From: Candidatus Iainarchaeum sp.
Lineage (GTDB): Archaea; Iainarchaeota; Iainarchaeia; Iainarchaeales; JAAZKV01
DNA: 64,000 nucleotides
Assembly: GCA_026397015.1 (NCBI GenBank)
Contig: JAPLVR010000003.1
Span: 160,001-224,000 of the forward strand
Direction of reading: 5' to 3'
This document shows, one piece after another, positions 9,219-18,391 of the stretch (the first letter of the stretch is position 1; each line of letters starts with the position of its first letter). The translations under genes and the position numbers were made by a program. Under the pieces are notes generated by a model, which saw only the letters and a program-made list of their open reading frames with translations, was not told the DNA's origin and ran no database searches.

Positions 9219-9698
9219 GTGAAACAAATGAATGCAGTGACTGAAAGATATCTTGAAAAACTCAAAGCAGTGGAACAAACTAAAGAATTTCCATTTGACT
9301 TGATTTCAAAAAAAGTTTACCTCCTTTTAATGTTCCACAACACAATAAACGCAAAACCTAGTGGGCTTGAAAAATCATACAAAGAGGTGATAGATAAAGC
9401 AGGCATAAAGGATTATGCACCCATGCTACTAGACTATGCCTTGCTTGAAATAAGGGATTTTTATAAAAAGGCATGGCTTAAATTCAAAGAAAGCATTACC
9501 TACCCAAAAACTCACGAAAAAGTGCAAGTATTTAGGGATAATGTTGTTGGGCACTTAAAAGAGGATGTTGATTTGCTAGACCTTTTGAAGGAATACTCAA
9601 AAATTAATGCCGAGGGAGGATTCCAAGAAATTTATAACGAATGGACCATTTTCCGCAGCATGCTTTTTGAGAAAATTAATGCAGAAAAGGTTTCATAG
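9219..9698 (+). CDS. HEPN-like (AbiU2-like) hypothetical protein
   Basis: Helical-looking protein with an R-x5-H motif, FRDNVVGH. Confidence 0.45.
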   Translation: MKQMNAVTERYLEKLKAVEQTKEFPFDLISKKVYLLLMFHNTINAKPSGLEKSYKEVIDKAGIKDYAPMLLDYALLEIRDFYKKAWLKFKESITYPKTHEKVQVFRDNVVGHLKEDVDLLDLLKEYSKINAEGGFQEIYNEWTIFRSMLFEKINAEKVS

Positions 9699-9729
9699 AT
9701 TTATTTTTTTCGGGAAATGGTGAATAGTC

Positions 9730-11031
9730 ATGGCTGATGGGAGGGTTATTGCATTTATTTGCGTTGTAGGAGTAATAATTGCAATTATATTAATTGCTTT
9801 TTTGAAGGCGTATATTTTCACCCCAATTGGAAATACACAGATTACCCAAACAACTCAACATTATCTCCTTGCCAATAATTGCGATTCAAACAGATTTATT
9901 CAGGAGTATGGCCGGCATGAAACATGGGGGCAATTTTCGTACAATTCCAAGGATTACTTTATCCTTTATTTTAACAATAACTGGCCAGCAATAGTTGAAT
10001 CAGCAAATGATGGAAAGTGTTATTTTGTGGATAATGAACAACAAAGTGAAGACCTGTTTCGCACGGCATATTTTGCCACTGCCATTTATTCAGTTGATTC
10101 AAATTTTTATTCGCCTTTCATTCTATGCAACAGGCCAAGTGTTGGCGCACAAAAAGTTTGTGATATTACCTCGGCTATAACAAATGCGCTAGATTCCATC
10201 ACTGTTAATTTGATTGTGCATGTTCCTGATTCGGCATTTGATGCAGTGAAAAGTAAACTTGAAGGAGAAGGTTTCACTGTAATAAATGTACTTAAAAACG
10301 GAGTAAAACTAGTAAAGTATGTTAAAGGAAGTATTGCCTTTACTGTTTCTATCGAGTTGATAAAAGAAACTTCCTGTGCATTAGCTGATGCCCAAGAAGT
10401 TAAGATATTCCACACCGCTAATGACATTAACCAAACATTTACCGATGCTAAAAATGCTATTTTTAACTCTGACACTTTGCCAATAATTGTTGCAACCAAC
10501 GAAACACTTAAAGATTTGTATTTAATACGAGCCCAAAACACCAATATCGTTAAAGGGGCAACTGATTGGTTGAGCAATACCATGGTTTCCCCATATTGCA
10601 ATTCTTTCAACCCAATAAATGAAATAAATTCTTTTGAAAATAAAACACAAAATGTCGATACGAATGGCGTTACAATGGCCACTCTTTATTATTCAACTTA
10701 TCTGTCGCTAAAAACAGCCGCTTATAGCCAACTGCAGATTGAAAATTCAGAAAAGGACAGGTATCAGCCCGATACCTTCAAATGGTTTTTTCTCACAGGC
10801 AAATCTATAGGATATACAACTCTTTCATCAGGAGCTAATAACATCGCAAATCAGCAATTGTTCAAATCAGCTACAAACGCCTCAAAGGATTTTTTGCCTA
10901 ATTACAAAGAATACTGGTGGGAGATCACCCCCTTAGACTACGTCCCAAGTTTGGCAGCAGTTATTGTAATTTTACTAATTGGGCTTATTGCGTTCTTGCT
11001 TCCAATGACACTCAAGCCAAATGAAAGTTAA
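9730..11031 (+). CDS. Membrane-anchored extracellular protein
   Basis: N- and C-terminal TM helices; Asn/Thr-rich ectodomain with Cys residues. Confidence 0.7.
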   Translation: MADGRVIAFICVVGVIIAIILIAFLKAYIFTPIGNTQITQTTQHYLLANNCDSNRFIQEYGRHETWGQFSYNSKDYFILYFNNNWPAIVESANDGKCYFVDNEQQSEDLFRTAYFATAIYSVDSNFYSPFILCNRPSVGAQKVCDITSAITNALDSITVNLIVHVPDSAFDAVKSKLEGEGFTVINVLKNGVKLVKYVKGSIAFTVSIELIKETSCALADAQEVKIFHTANDINQTFTDAKNAIFNSDTLPIIVATNETLKDLYLIRAQNTNIVKGATDWLSNTMVSPYCNSFNPINEINSFENKTQNVDTNGVTMATLYYSTYLSLKTAAYSQLQIENSEKDRYQPDTFKWFFLTGKSIGYTTLSSGANNIANQQLFKSATNASKDFLPNYKEYWWEITPLDYVPSLAAVIVILLIGLIAFLLPMTLKPNES

Positions 11032-11104
11032 GTTACTGTTATCTTCTTTGACACAGGATTAAACCCTACAAGCCCAGCAAAAATAGTTTCTTTTTTCACT
11101 TTTA

Positions 11105-11662
11105 TCACCCTTTATTTTTCATATAATCCTTCATAAATAGCGCTTTTTCCACGTCTCTGCAACTTAGACCCGTTTGTTTAGATATTTGCCTTACTCTCTC
11201 AAAAAACTTGATGAGCGATATGGTGCTGGAGTAATCTTTTACTTCTTTCTCACTGCCAAACAATTCCCTCCACGCGTGTATGTCAAAAACACAATACTTT
11301 TTTGGGTTATAAAATGTAAGCGCTACGCTGCACACGGCATTTCCAAATCCTCTAATTGTTTTGAGTAATTCTACTCTTACTTCGTCGCTTTTGCCTGATT
11401 CAAATGCTTTCTTTGTCAGAAGAATAATGCACTCCTCAGGAATCTTGTTTATGTGATTGAGTTCGGTTATGCGCCTATTTCTGTTTCTCTTGTCATCAAA
11501 CTTCCACTTTATGAGTTCAATCAGCTCTGCCTTTTTTATTTGCTTGTTTTTCTGGAAGTTCTTTGTTAACTCTTCTTCCGTTTCTTTTTCCGATAAGCTC
11601 TCCAGTTCAGCATATTTTTTTAACCATTGAAGAAGCTCTTCTTTGCTGTACTGTTTGTCCAT
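11105..11662 (-). CDS. HhH DNA-glycosylase-like protein
   Basis: TIRGFGNAVCS helix-hairpin-helix followed by VFDIH (candidate catalytic Asp). Confidence 0.55.
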   Translation of the reverse strand: MDKQYSKEELLQWLKKYAELESLSEKETEEELTKNFQKNKQIKKAELIELIKWKFDDKRNRNRRITELNHINKIPEECIILLTKKAFESGKSDEVRVELLKTIRGFGNAVCSVALTFYNPKKYCVFDIHAWRELFGSEKEVKDYSSTISLIKFFERVRQISKQTGLSCRDVEKALFMKDYMKNKG

Positions 11663-11749
11663 TCTGCCTGAATTATGATTTGTAACCCCTTTTAACTATT
11701 GCCTGTTGGGCAATAAAGGTATTTATCGGGCAACAACCGGCTTTGTTTC

Positions 11750-12031
11750 ATGAATGAAGCGCAGCTAAAGGCTATTTCCGACCCAACAAGACTCAAGATA
11801 CTAGGATTACTTGCCCAAGAATCTTTGACCAACACGGAACTTTTCGATAAACTTGACAAAAAAAAGCTTGGACACGGTTTGAAGGGCAGAGAAGCCGTAT
11901 ACAAAGCCCTAAAAAAACTGAAAAACGCGGGTTTAATTAAGAGAACCTTCAAAGAACGAGTTGGCTACAAATATACCCTAGATTTTGCCGAATTAAAGGT
12001 TGAAGGTCGCCTAATCCTAAAAATCAAGTAA
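11750..12031 (+). CDS. ArsR-type winged-helix regulator
   Basis: LKAISDPTRLKIL...VYKALKKLKNAGLI. Confidence 0.8.
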   Translation: MNEAQLKAISDPTRLKILGLLAQESLTNTELFDKLDKKKLGHGLKGREAVYKALKKLKNAGLIKRTFKERVGYKYTLDFAELKVEGRLILKIK

Positions 12032-12161
12032 AAAAACCAGCCAAAACTAAAGGACATAACCTGTTTTTCTTTTTGTTTTTGATTTCCTTTTAAAAACGCC
12101 ATTGGGGGTTTTTTATTAATTATTGGTTGCCAATTGCATGGTTAAACATTGGTTATTTTGG

Positions 12162-12902
12162 TTAGAGGTAAGGAACCAAGTACGGTCGCATGCCGACCAT
12201 TGATTCGAAAATATGTTTCCTAAACCCGAATTTTATGTAATCAAAAATTTCGTAGAATTCCACTATTGTGAATGATATTCCTTCGTACTCGCCCAAATCA
12301 TACAATCTGGCTTTTTCTTTCAAATAGTATGCCCTTTGTTTTTGAGGGATTAGTTCTGTGAGTGCGTCCATTAATTCTTGCCAATTTTCTTTTTCAGCGA
12401 GGATTACGGCATTCACCAGCTTACATTCGCCTTCTCTTTGGAAGAATGCAGGGGTGTGATAGTAATTGAATCGCTTACGAACATCAAAAAGAAGTGAAAC
12501 TATTGTGACGGCAAGGTTTTCGCCACAAATTTTTTTGCAAGCGTGATAATAATCTTCAACACTAAAAGATTCAGGCAAGTATTTTTTTAGCGCGAATCCT
12601 CTTTTTTTGCCTAACCAATCTAATCCAAAATTGAGTGCATCGGTTACTGCCCATGGGTCTCGCCGTTGAAGTTCAGTAAGGTCAAGGATTCGTTGGAGTT
12701 CTACCACAAAATAAATGATTTTGTCATCTCGCAGCATAAATTCTGGCGCATTCTCGACGAGACCAGTCGTGCTAGTTCCGAAGTATGGGTAAATGCTTGG
12801 TTTAGGCTCAAGCAGCCAAGCATCGCATTTCTCAAAGTAGACCCCAGTGCCTGGAAGTGCTTCCAACAATTTTGAGAGCGTGTTTGCTTCCAATGATACC
12901 AT
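12162..12902 (-). CDS. Hypothetical protein
   Basis: 246-aa ORF; no motif recognised. Confidence 0.6.
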   Translation of the reverse strand: MVSLEANTLSKLLEALPGTGVYFEKCDAWLLEPKPSIYPYFGTSTTGLVENAPEFMLRDDKIIYFVVELQRILDLTELQRRDPWAVTDALNFGLDWLGKKRGFALKKYLPESFSVEDYYHACKKICGENLAVTIVSLLFDVRKRFNYYHTPAFFQREGECKLVNAVILAEKENWQELMDALTELIPQKQRAYYLKEKARLYDLGEYEGISFTIVEFYEIFDYIKFGFRKHIFESMVGMRPYLVPYL

Positions 12903-12973
12903 TTCCTTTTTATTACATTAAGCCATAAATAATTTTTAATGGTATTGCCTGTTAGGCAACAGCCGTGGTTGAA

Positions 12974-13888
12974 ATGAAAATAAAAATATTTTTGGTTGTT
13001 TCATTAATCATACTAATTCTGCTTTTTGCCGGTTGCACCGAAGAGACTCCGCGCGGAAATGTAGCCGCACCAGGGAACAATCATCCAACGCCAACACCAA
13101 ATAGCACTGATAATACAAGCACAACCGAAGCGCCGACAAGAGACTTTTTTTTAATAGGCGAATCATACACAAGCGATGATGGTTTGCAAATAACAGTCAC
13201 AAGAGTGGCGAACATGGAAAATTGTGGTCGAGACGATGCAGGGTGCACAAGTGTTTATACTGAAATAACTAATAATGGACAAAAAGCTAATTCAGCATAT
13301 TTCATGCAACCGGTGATATTAGAGGATACAGGAAATCAAATCGAGTTAGCAAGCTATGGATGCCCAAATGAGTTAGAATATCGAAAAGACATATATCCTG
13401 GAGTTATACAAGAAGGTTGGATTTGTTTTGATAAAATATCAAGCGCTGCAACAAACCTGAAAGTCGTTCTGCCAATGGGTTATGGAAATAAAGTTAATTT
13501 GGTTTATGGATTACCTGCCAATGCGATTCAAACAGCCAAAAAAACTGCAACAATTTCTGTACAAGACCTTGCCGGGGAATATAATGGCTATTACACAAAT
13601 ATCACAGGAAATGTCGTCGTAGAAAATACTGGAGAAATAAATCTTGATGATCTAAAAGTTGGTCTAAATTTTAAACAAAATGGAGTTTCTATTCTTGAGG
13701 ACAAAGAGATAAGACCTTTGATATTATACTCACTTGCCCCAAACAAAACCGATCAAGCGGAACTATCCGTGATGGAAACAAAAAACATATTCCCAGGCGA
13801 CTATAACGTGGATTTTATTCTGTGGGATAAAACAGGAGTTCTCACACAAACAACCCGTACACTAAAAGTTATTCCTGGCACAAGCTAA
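12974..13888 (+). CDS. Lipoprotein with Ig-like (DUF4352/CARDB-like) domains
   Basis: Lipobox LFAGC, Pro/Thr linker, beta-rich domains (IYPG...GWICF; VENTG). Confidence 0.65.
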   Translation: MKIKIFLVVSLIILILLFAGCTEETPRGNVAAPGNNHPTPTPNSTDNTSTTEAPTRDFFLIGESYTSDDGLQITVTRVANMENCGRDDAGCTSVYTEITNNGQKANSAYFMQPVILEDTGNQIELASYGCPNELEYRKDIYPGVIQEGWICFDKISSAATNLKVVLPMGYGNKVNLVYGLPANAIQTAKKTATISVQDLAGEYNGYYTNITGNVVVENTGEINLDDLKVGLNFKQNGVSILEDKEIRPLILYSLAPNKTDQAELSVMETKNIFPGDYNVDFILWDKTGVLTQTTRTLKVIPGTS

Positions 13889-14185
13889 AGCAACCCTCTT
13901 TGCACCCCTTATCTTTGGAGGAACATCTAATCCAAGCCACCTTTACTTTGCCCTGTACTCCTTCGGTAAAGAAAAACAACCACCACCAACCTGTTTTTTT
14001 AAAAAAAGGTACTTCCGTAAAGGAGAAATGCCTTTGGTAACCTAAATCAAACCATCCCCAAACAGATTGCTGTTGATTCACGCTTTCAAATCACAGTCAA
14101 ATCAAAAACTTTGGTTTATAAAAAATTATATTCCTAATAAATCCCTCGCCCGTGCTGCGTGCCTTCTTTCCCGTTTTTTTAGTGG

Positions 14186-14214
14186 GGTCATAGGGGGCTT
14201 GCCCCCTAGTGACC
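14186..14214. other. GC-rich stem-loop, candidate replication origin element
   Basis: GGTCA-TAGGGGGC-TT-GCCCCCTA-G-TGACC, just downstream of the helicase gene and near an AT-rich tract (~14110-14140). Confidence 0.4.
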
Positions 14215-14253
14215 AACGTTTCTGAAGGGATTTCCCTTCCTTTCCTTTTTTTA

Positions 14254-15330
14254 CTAAGTGGTAAAAGGAGAAAAAGGATGAACCACTACGTAATGCCCCT
14301 TTGTAGTTCGAGTGAGAATGCCCCTCTTGCACAACCCGGTAAGCGCTTTTTCCCTTGCCGATTGAGAATACGCACGGAATTCACGAGTTATGTCTTCCGT
14401 AGTGAGCGTATTCCTCTTGTTTTTTTTAACCCAATCAATGATTTCATTTTCGAGTTTCTCATGAACTTTGGGTGGCGTTACAGATTCGCATGATGGCGTG
14501 TAGGTGTTGATAAGCTCGATGACAACAGCGTTTTTTCCATTGATGAGGTCGTCGCGAACCATGAATTTGAGTCCTTGGTTCAACCCGTCATTGTCGCGTT
14601 GTAGTCCTACTTCGAGCTTGTATTCGGCTATGTAGTCTTCTTCCTTGATTTTGCTGAGAATGAGCATGTTGCCTACCATTGCTGCAAAGTCCCCGCTGCC
14701 ACGCGCATCTCTTGGCTGTACCGAATCGGTGCTTTTAACGGTGTGATGCAGTAACAAGAAAGAACAATTGTATTTTGTGAAGAGTTCTTTTGCTGCATGG
14801 AATACCCTTCTAACGTCTTCCGCGCTATTCTCGTTTCCCTGCATCACCCTGACTATTGAGTCCATTATGACTAGGTCAGGTTTTACCTCTTTGATTACCT
14901 TTTCCAGCCGTGCCTTGCCTTCTGGCGTGGTCAACACAAGCCCCTTCATTGAAATAAACATCATGTTGTTGTAGATGTCTTCAATTTCGGAGGGGCTTAG
15001 CTGCATACCAGCAACAAGTTTTCCCAAACGAGTAGCTACACGACGCTCCCCGTTCTCTTCATCGTGGTAAAGCACCCTGCACTTTTTGGTTCCACGATTC
15101 AAGAATTGCCGACCCGTGGCACAAGAACACGCCATGAACAAGGCTACAAAGCTTTTGAACTCTTTTGCCTTGCCCACGAGCATGTCTACGCCCTCGTCAG
15201 AGAGCAGTCCTTCAATACGCCATTCCTGTGGAGGCAAAGGAGTCGTTAGCAACTCCCTTGCTGTAATGAACTCCTTTGCCTTTAATTCGGCGAGATTTTG
15301 CTTTAAAATCACATTTTGGTTTTCAGCCAT
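14254..15330 (-). CDS. AAA_25/RepA-like (RecA-fold) helicase with C-terminal winged helix
   Basis: Walker A GKAKEFKS, YHDEE, Walker B VIMDS, LLHH and RGSG motifs. Confidence 0.8.
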   Translation of the reverse strand: MAENQNVILKQNLAELKAKEFITARELLTTPLPPQEWRIEGLLSDEGVDMLVGKAKEFKSFVALFMACSCATGRQFLNRGTKKCRVLYHDEENGERRVATRLGKLVAGMQLSPSEIEDIYNNMMFISMKGLVLTTPEGKARLEKVIKEVKPDLVIMDSIVRVMQGNENSAEDVRRVFHAAKELFTKYNCSFLLLHHTVKSTDSVQPRDARGSGDFAAMVGNMLILSKIKEEDYIAEYKLEVGLQRDNDGLNQGLKFMVRDDLINGKNAVVIELINTYTPSCESVTPPKVHEKLENEIIDWVKKNKRNTLTTEDITREFRAYSQSAREKALTGLCKRGILTRTTKGHYVVVHPFSPFTT

Positions 15331-15331
15331 A

Positions 15332-15709
15332 TTAATCCACCTTTGAGTTTTTTTTAGTTTCAGACAAACAGCGCTTATATGATTCTAACCGCTGCTCAAT
15401 TTCGTCATCTTCGTTCTCTATGCTGGGCACGTATTTTCTGGGTTTACCAACAAAGATTAATTGAGTACGACTCCCGTCACCACCTGCGTTTACAAAAAAG
15501 ACGCATTCTTTTCTGTTAACCGCGTATAGTGGGATACGGTTTCCATTGATTTCTTGCTCTGCTTTCTCTATCTCTTTGAATGTCTTCAAAAGCATTGGCC
15601 CCAAATCAATCACTTGTGGTTTACTCACAGTTAATGTGATTCCAATCTCGTAATTCCCGTCGCCAACTGTGTGCTCATGGTCTATTTCTGCAATTTCCAT
15701 GCGACACAT
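15332..15709 (-). CDS. Hypothetical protein (replication operon)
   Basis: Tightly coupled to the helicase; RBS GGGGTGA. Confidence 0.6.
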   Translation of the reverse strand: MCRMEIAEIDHEHTVGDGNYEIGITLTVSKPQVIDLGPMLLKTFKEIEKAEQEINGNRIPLYAVNRKECVFFVNAGGDGSRTQLIFVGKPRKYVPSIENEDDEIEQRLESYKRCLSETKKNSKVD

Positions 15710-15817
15710 TTATTTCACCCCCCCATTATTTTGCCCTGCCAATATTGCCCAAACCCGGCTTTCTTCCAAGCCATGCTTTTTGGCAACTTTTTCCATTATT
15801 TTTTGTAAATCAATCAT
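15710..15817 (-). CDS. Small putative DNA-binding protein (35 aa, not in the ORF track)
   Basis: MIDLQKIMEKVAKKHGLEESRVWAILAGQNNGGVK; RBS GAGGTGA; TAA directly abuts the next ATG; HTH-like pattern. Confidence 0.55.
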   Translation of the reverse strand: MIDLQKIMEKVAKKHGLEESRVWAILAGQNNGGVK

Positions 15818-15900
15818 TTTGATTCACCTCGAGACACCCTGACTTTTGGTCGCTTTATAAAGAAGAGCATTATAAAAAAACTTCGACCAGTCAATGAGTT

Positions 15901-16560
15901 ATGCTTGAAGAAAATTATTTGCCTGAAAAAAGTTGTTTGACAGAAGAAGAAAAGCATCTAACAGACCCTGGGCGAGACATTATTCGTCAATATAAGACAA
16001 AGAAAAAAAAACTTTCGGCATTGATTATCTGCGCCCAGTTTCTTTTGAGTTGTTTTTGGACAGAAAAAAAGAGATTATTTTACAAAGCCCTTATGAGTGG
16101 AAAATACCCTGAATATTATGACAGAGAAGAAAAGGCTGAGGTCCCTTTAGAAAATTTAGTTTATGAATGCAGATTTACACTGGCAGAGGTATGGGATTAT
16201 TTTACGCAAAATCATGACTTAACAGAAGTTATTGAACACGAAACAAAATTGAGTAACAGCTACAAGCAAGAATACTTAGAGGAAGTAAAGAAGGGAAACT
16301 ATATGATACACGACAAGAAATTTGTAGAAAAATTAATTCTTACGAATAAAGAAATAACACCAATTGACATTACGCATCATAGTGCGATGGAAGGAACTAA
16401 TTCAGCTATTTACTGCTATGAACCAAAGACAGGCGCTAGGTTTTGGCATGAGACAAGAGGATTGGATAATGCTGGGCTAGAATTATATTTTGACAAAGTT
16501 ATGCAACCAAGACTAAAAAAAATGTATTCGGTGCTTTTATCCAATTTGAAAAAAAGTTAG
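15901..16560 (+). CDS. Hypothetical protein
   Basis: 219-aa ORF at the right end of the island. Confidence 0.6.
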   Translation: MLEENYLPEKSCLTEEEKHLTDPGRDIIRQYKTKKKKLSALIICAQFLLSCFWTEKKRLFYKALMSGKYPEYYDREEKAEVPLENLVYECRFTLAEVWDYFTQNHDLTEVIEHETKLSNSYKQEYLEEVKKGNYMIHDKKFVEKLILTNKEITPIDITHHSAMEGTNSAIYCYEPKTGARFWHETRGLDNAGLELYFDKVMQPRLKKMYSVLLSNLKKS

Positions 16561-16645
16561 GTTTGAAAAAACATTGCCGTTTAAAAATATATTTATTTAT
16601 ACATAACATATTCGAGTTTGGAATATAGGTTGAAACAACCTTAAT

Positions 16646-16658
16646 CCGATCGGGGTAT
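16646..16658 (+). repeat. attR: duplicated 3' end of tRNA-Glu
   Basis: Identical to 2651-2663. Confidence 0.85.
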
Positions 16659-16669
16659 TTTTTTCTTAA

Positions 16670-16822
16670 TGGGGCATGGGGGGATTGAACCCCCGCCTGA
16701 CGCTTGTTCTCGCCTTTCGCCAGCCGCTACAACGCTACTGCAAGTAGCGCATCAGCGTAAATCGTTGTACACGGGCGAAACCGTGTCCCGAAGCGCCGAT
16801 CCTACCACTAGACTAATGCCCC
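16670..16822 (-). tRNA. tRNA-Pro(CGG) with an 82-nt intron at 37/38 (16705-16786)
   Basis: Exon 1 GGGGCATTAGTCTAGTGGTAGGATCGGCGCTTCGGG; exon 2 AGCGTCAGGCGGGGGTTCAATCCCCCCATGCCCCA; relaxed BHB. Confidence 0.9.
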
Positions 16823-16846
16823 TTAAATAGAAAATTAATGATAAAA

Positions 16847-18328
16847 TTAATAAAAAGGAAGCAGGAAAACAATGCTGGCCAAATAAACGATGAACACCAA
16901 TTTTTCGTCATAATTTTCTTTGTTAATGAGGCAAAATTCCAGAGCTGCAAAAAACACAAGCGGCATTAAAAGCAGCGGATTATTGAAAATAAAATACGCC
17001 AAAAAATAAGCCGCAACAAAAAAAGTGCCGATTAAAAGCTTCGCGTTTTTCATTCCGAGAAGAACGGGGAGAGTTTTTATTCCGTTTTTTTTGTCCTCGT
17101 CCAAATCCTTAAGATCAATAAAATTTATTGCAAGCGAAACTCCAACGAGAAAGAAAACCGTTATTGAAAGGGGAAATGAAATTATTTGGTTACCAGCCAA
17201 AGAATACCCAAGGATTACAAGAATAAGGCTGTTAAGAGAAAGAAAAAATTTTGAAATAAAAGGAAACCTTTTCAACCTTAAGGGCGGAGCCGAATATATG
17301 AAAAAAATGCATGCCCCGAAAAGCAAAACGGCCGCGGAAAAAAAATTCGCAATTGCGGAATAAAAAAGCCCAAGCAGCAGGAAACCTCCGGCTAAACCTT
17401 CATTGGCCTTGCCGGCTTTCAACTCTGAATCCGCAACATCATTTAATATTGCAGAAGAAATTCCAACACAAAATATCCCAATTGGAATCAAAACGAACTG
17501 AAAAATATTTTCACCGGACAAAACAAAAACGCCGCTTTTGAGCCCAATAAAAACGCCCGCAAAAAACATCAATTCATAATGGACAAGGCGCAACCCTCCT
17601 TTGCCCCCTAATAACCAGAAAAATCTTTTTTTATCGGAAAAATAAAAAACCAGCGCGCCCAGCACAAAAATCAAAACCGCATAAATGCTTGAAAAAACGA
17701 TGTCCCAACTGTCAAGCAAATTTACCCCCAAAAAATCAGAAACAAATTTGAGAAAAAAAGGAACCAACAAAAAACAGAAACCGCAAACATAAATCAAAAA
17801 AATGCAAAAAAAACTTTTAATAAACCCTAATTTTTTTGAATAAAAATAAAAAAATGCGAAAAGCAGCGCAACCAGTGCAACAAGCTTTATTCCGGGCGTC
17901 ATGCCCGCGGGCGCGAAGCCTCCTCCAAAAGTAAAAAATCTGATTAAAATATCATTATGGATGTCGGGCAAAAGATAGGATATTGTGAACCCCTTGCCGC
18001 CGCTCAGAATAATATCCACAATCGGGGCAAAAATTATCAGCGTAAAAAAAGGCAGAATGGTTCGTGCTATTTTTTTTATTTCAACCCCTGTAAAAAAGCG
18101 GAAAAACAAAACCAGCACAAGAAAAAGCGCGGCATAATAAAGATAGAAGTGCAGGAACATCCACGTATCCAATTTGGCGCCGCTGAACAGGACCTCGAGG
18201 AAATTTCTCAAAGTTACTGAAACAAAAAAAATAAGAATTAAATAAACGAAAGGCACTTTTGAATTTTCAAGCTTTTCTACAAAACGCTTCAAATTTTTTA
18301 TGCCTTTCCTTCTGTGTCTTTCCATCAT
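16847..18328 (-). CDS. UbiA prenyltransferase family protein with extra N-terminal membrane domain
   Basis: NDVAD and DLKDLDED Asp-rich motifs, YSAPPLRLK; multi-TM. Confidence 0.75.
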   Translation of the reverse strand: MMERHRRKGIKNLKRFVEKLENSKVPFVYLILIFFVSVTLRNFLEVLFSGAKLDTWMFLHFYLYYAALFLVLVLFFRFFTGVEIKKIARTILPFFTLIIFAPIVDIILSGGKGFTISYLLPDIHNDILIRFFTFGGGFAPAGMTPGIKLVALVALLFAFFYFYSKKLGFIKSFFCIFLIYVCGFCFLLVPFFLKFVSDFLGVNLLDSWDIVFSSIYAVLIFVLGALVFYFSDKKRFFWLLGGKGGLRLVHYELMFFAGVFIGLKSGVFVLSGENIFQFVLIPIGIFCVGISSAILNDVADSELKAGKANEGLAGGFLLLGLFYSAIANFFSAAVLLFGACIFFIYSAPPLRLKRFPFISKFFLSLNSLILVILGYSLAGNQIISFPLSITVFFLVGVSLAINFIDLKDLDEDKKNGIKTLPVLLGMKNAKLLIGTFFVAAYFLAYFIFNNPLLLMPLVFFAALEFCLINKENYDEKLVFIVYLASIVFLLPFY

Positions 18329-18391
18329 AACCGAAATATAATCTCAAACCTATTATTTAAATCCTTTCCGCGCCAAAAATACGTTGATTAA

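Larger units (their letters stand above)
2651..16658. mobile_element. Integrative element / genomic island in tRNA-Glu (~14 kb)
   Basis: Direct repeat CCGATCGGGGTAT at 2651-2663 and 16646-16658; integrase next to the tRNA; helicase and defence cargo; looks more AT-rich than the flanks. Confidence 0.9.

Noticed and set aside
2664-16645. Avoidance of CCWGG or CCSGG to infer RM specificity
   Set aside because: Both site types occur in the island (CCAGG near 3603, CCCGG near 14335); a proper count is needed.
2664-16645. Provirus call
   Set aside because: No capsid, terminase/portal or packaging ATPase was recognisable.
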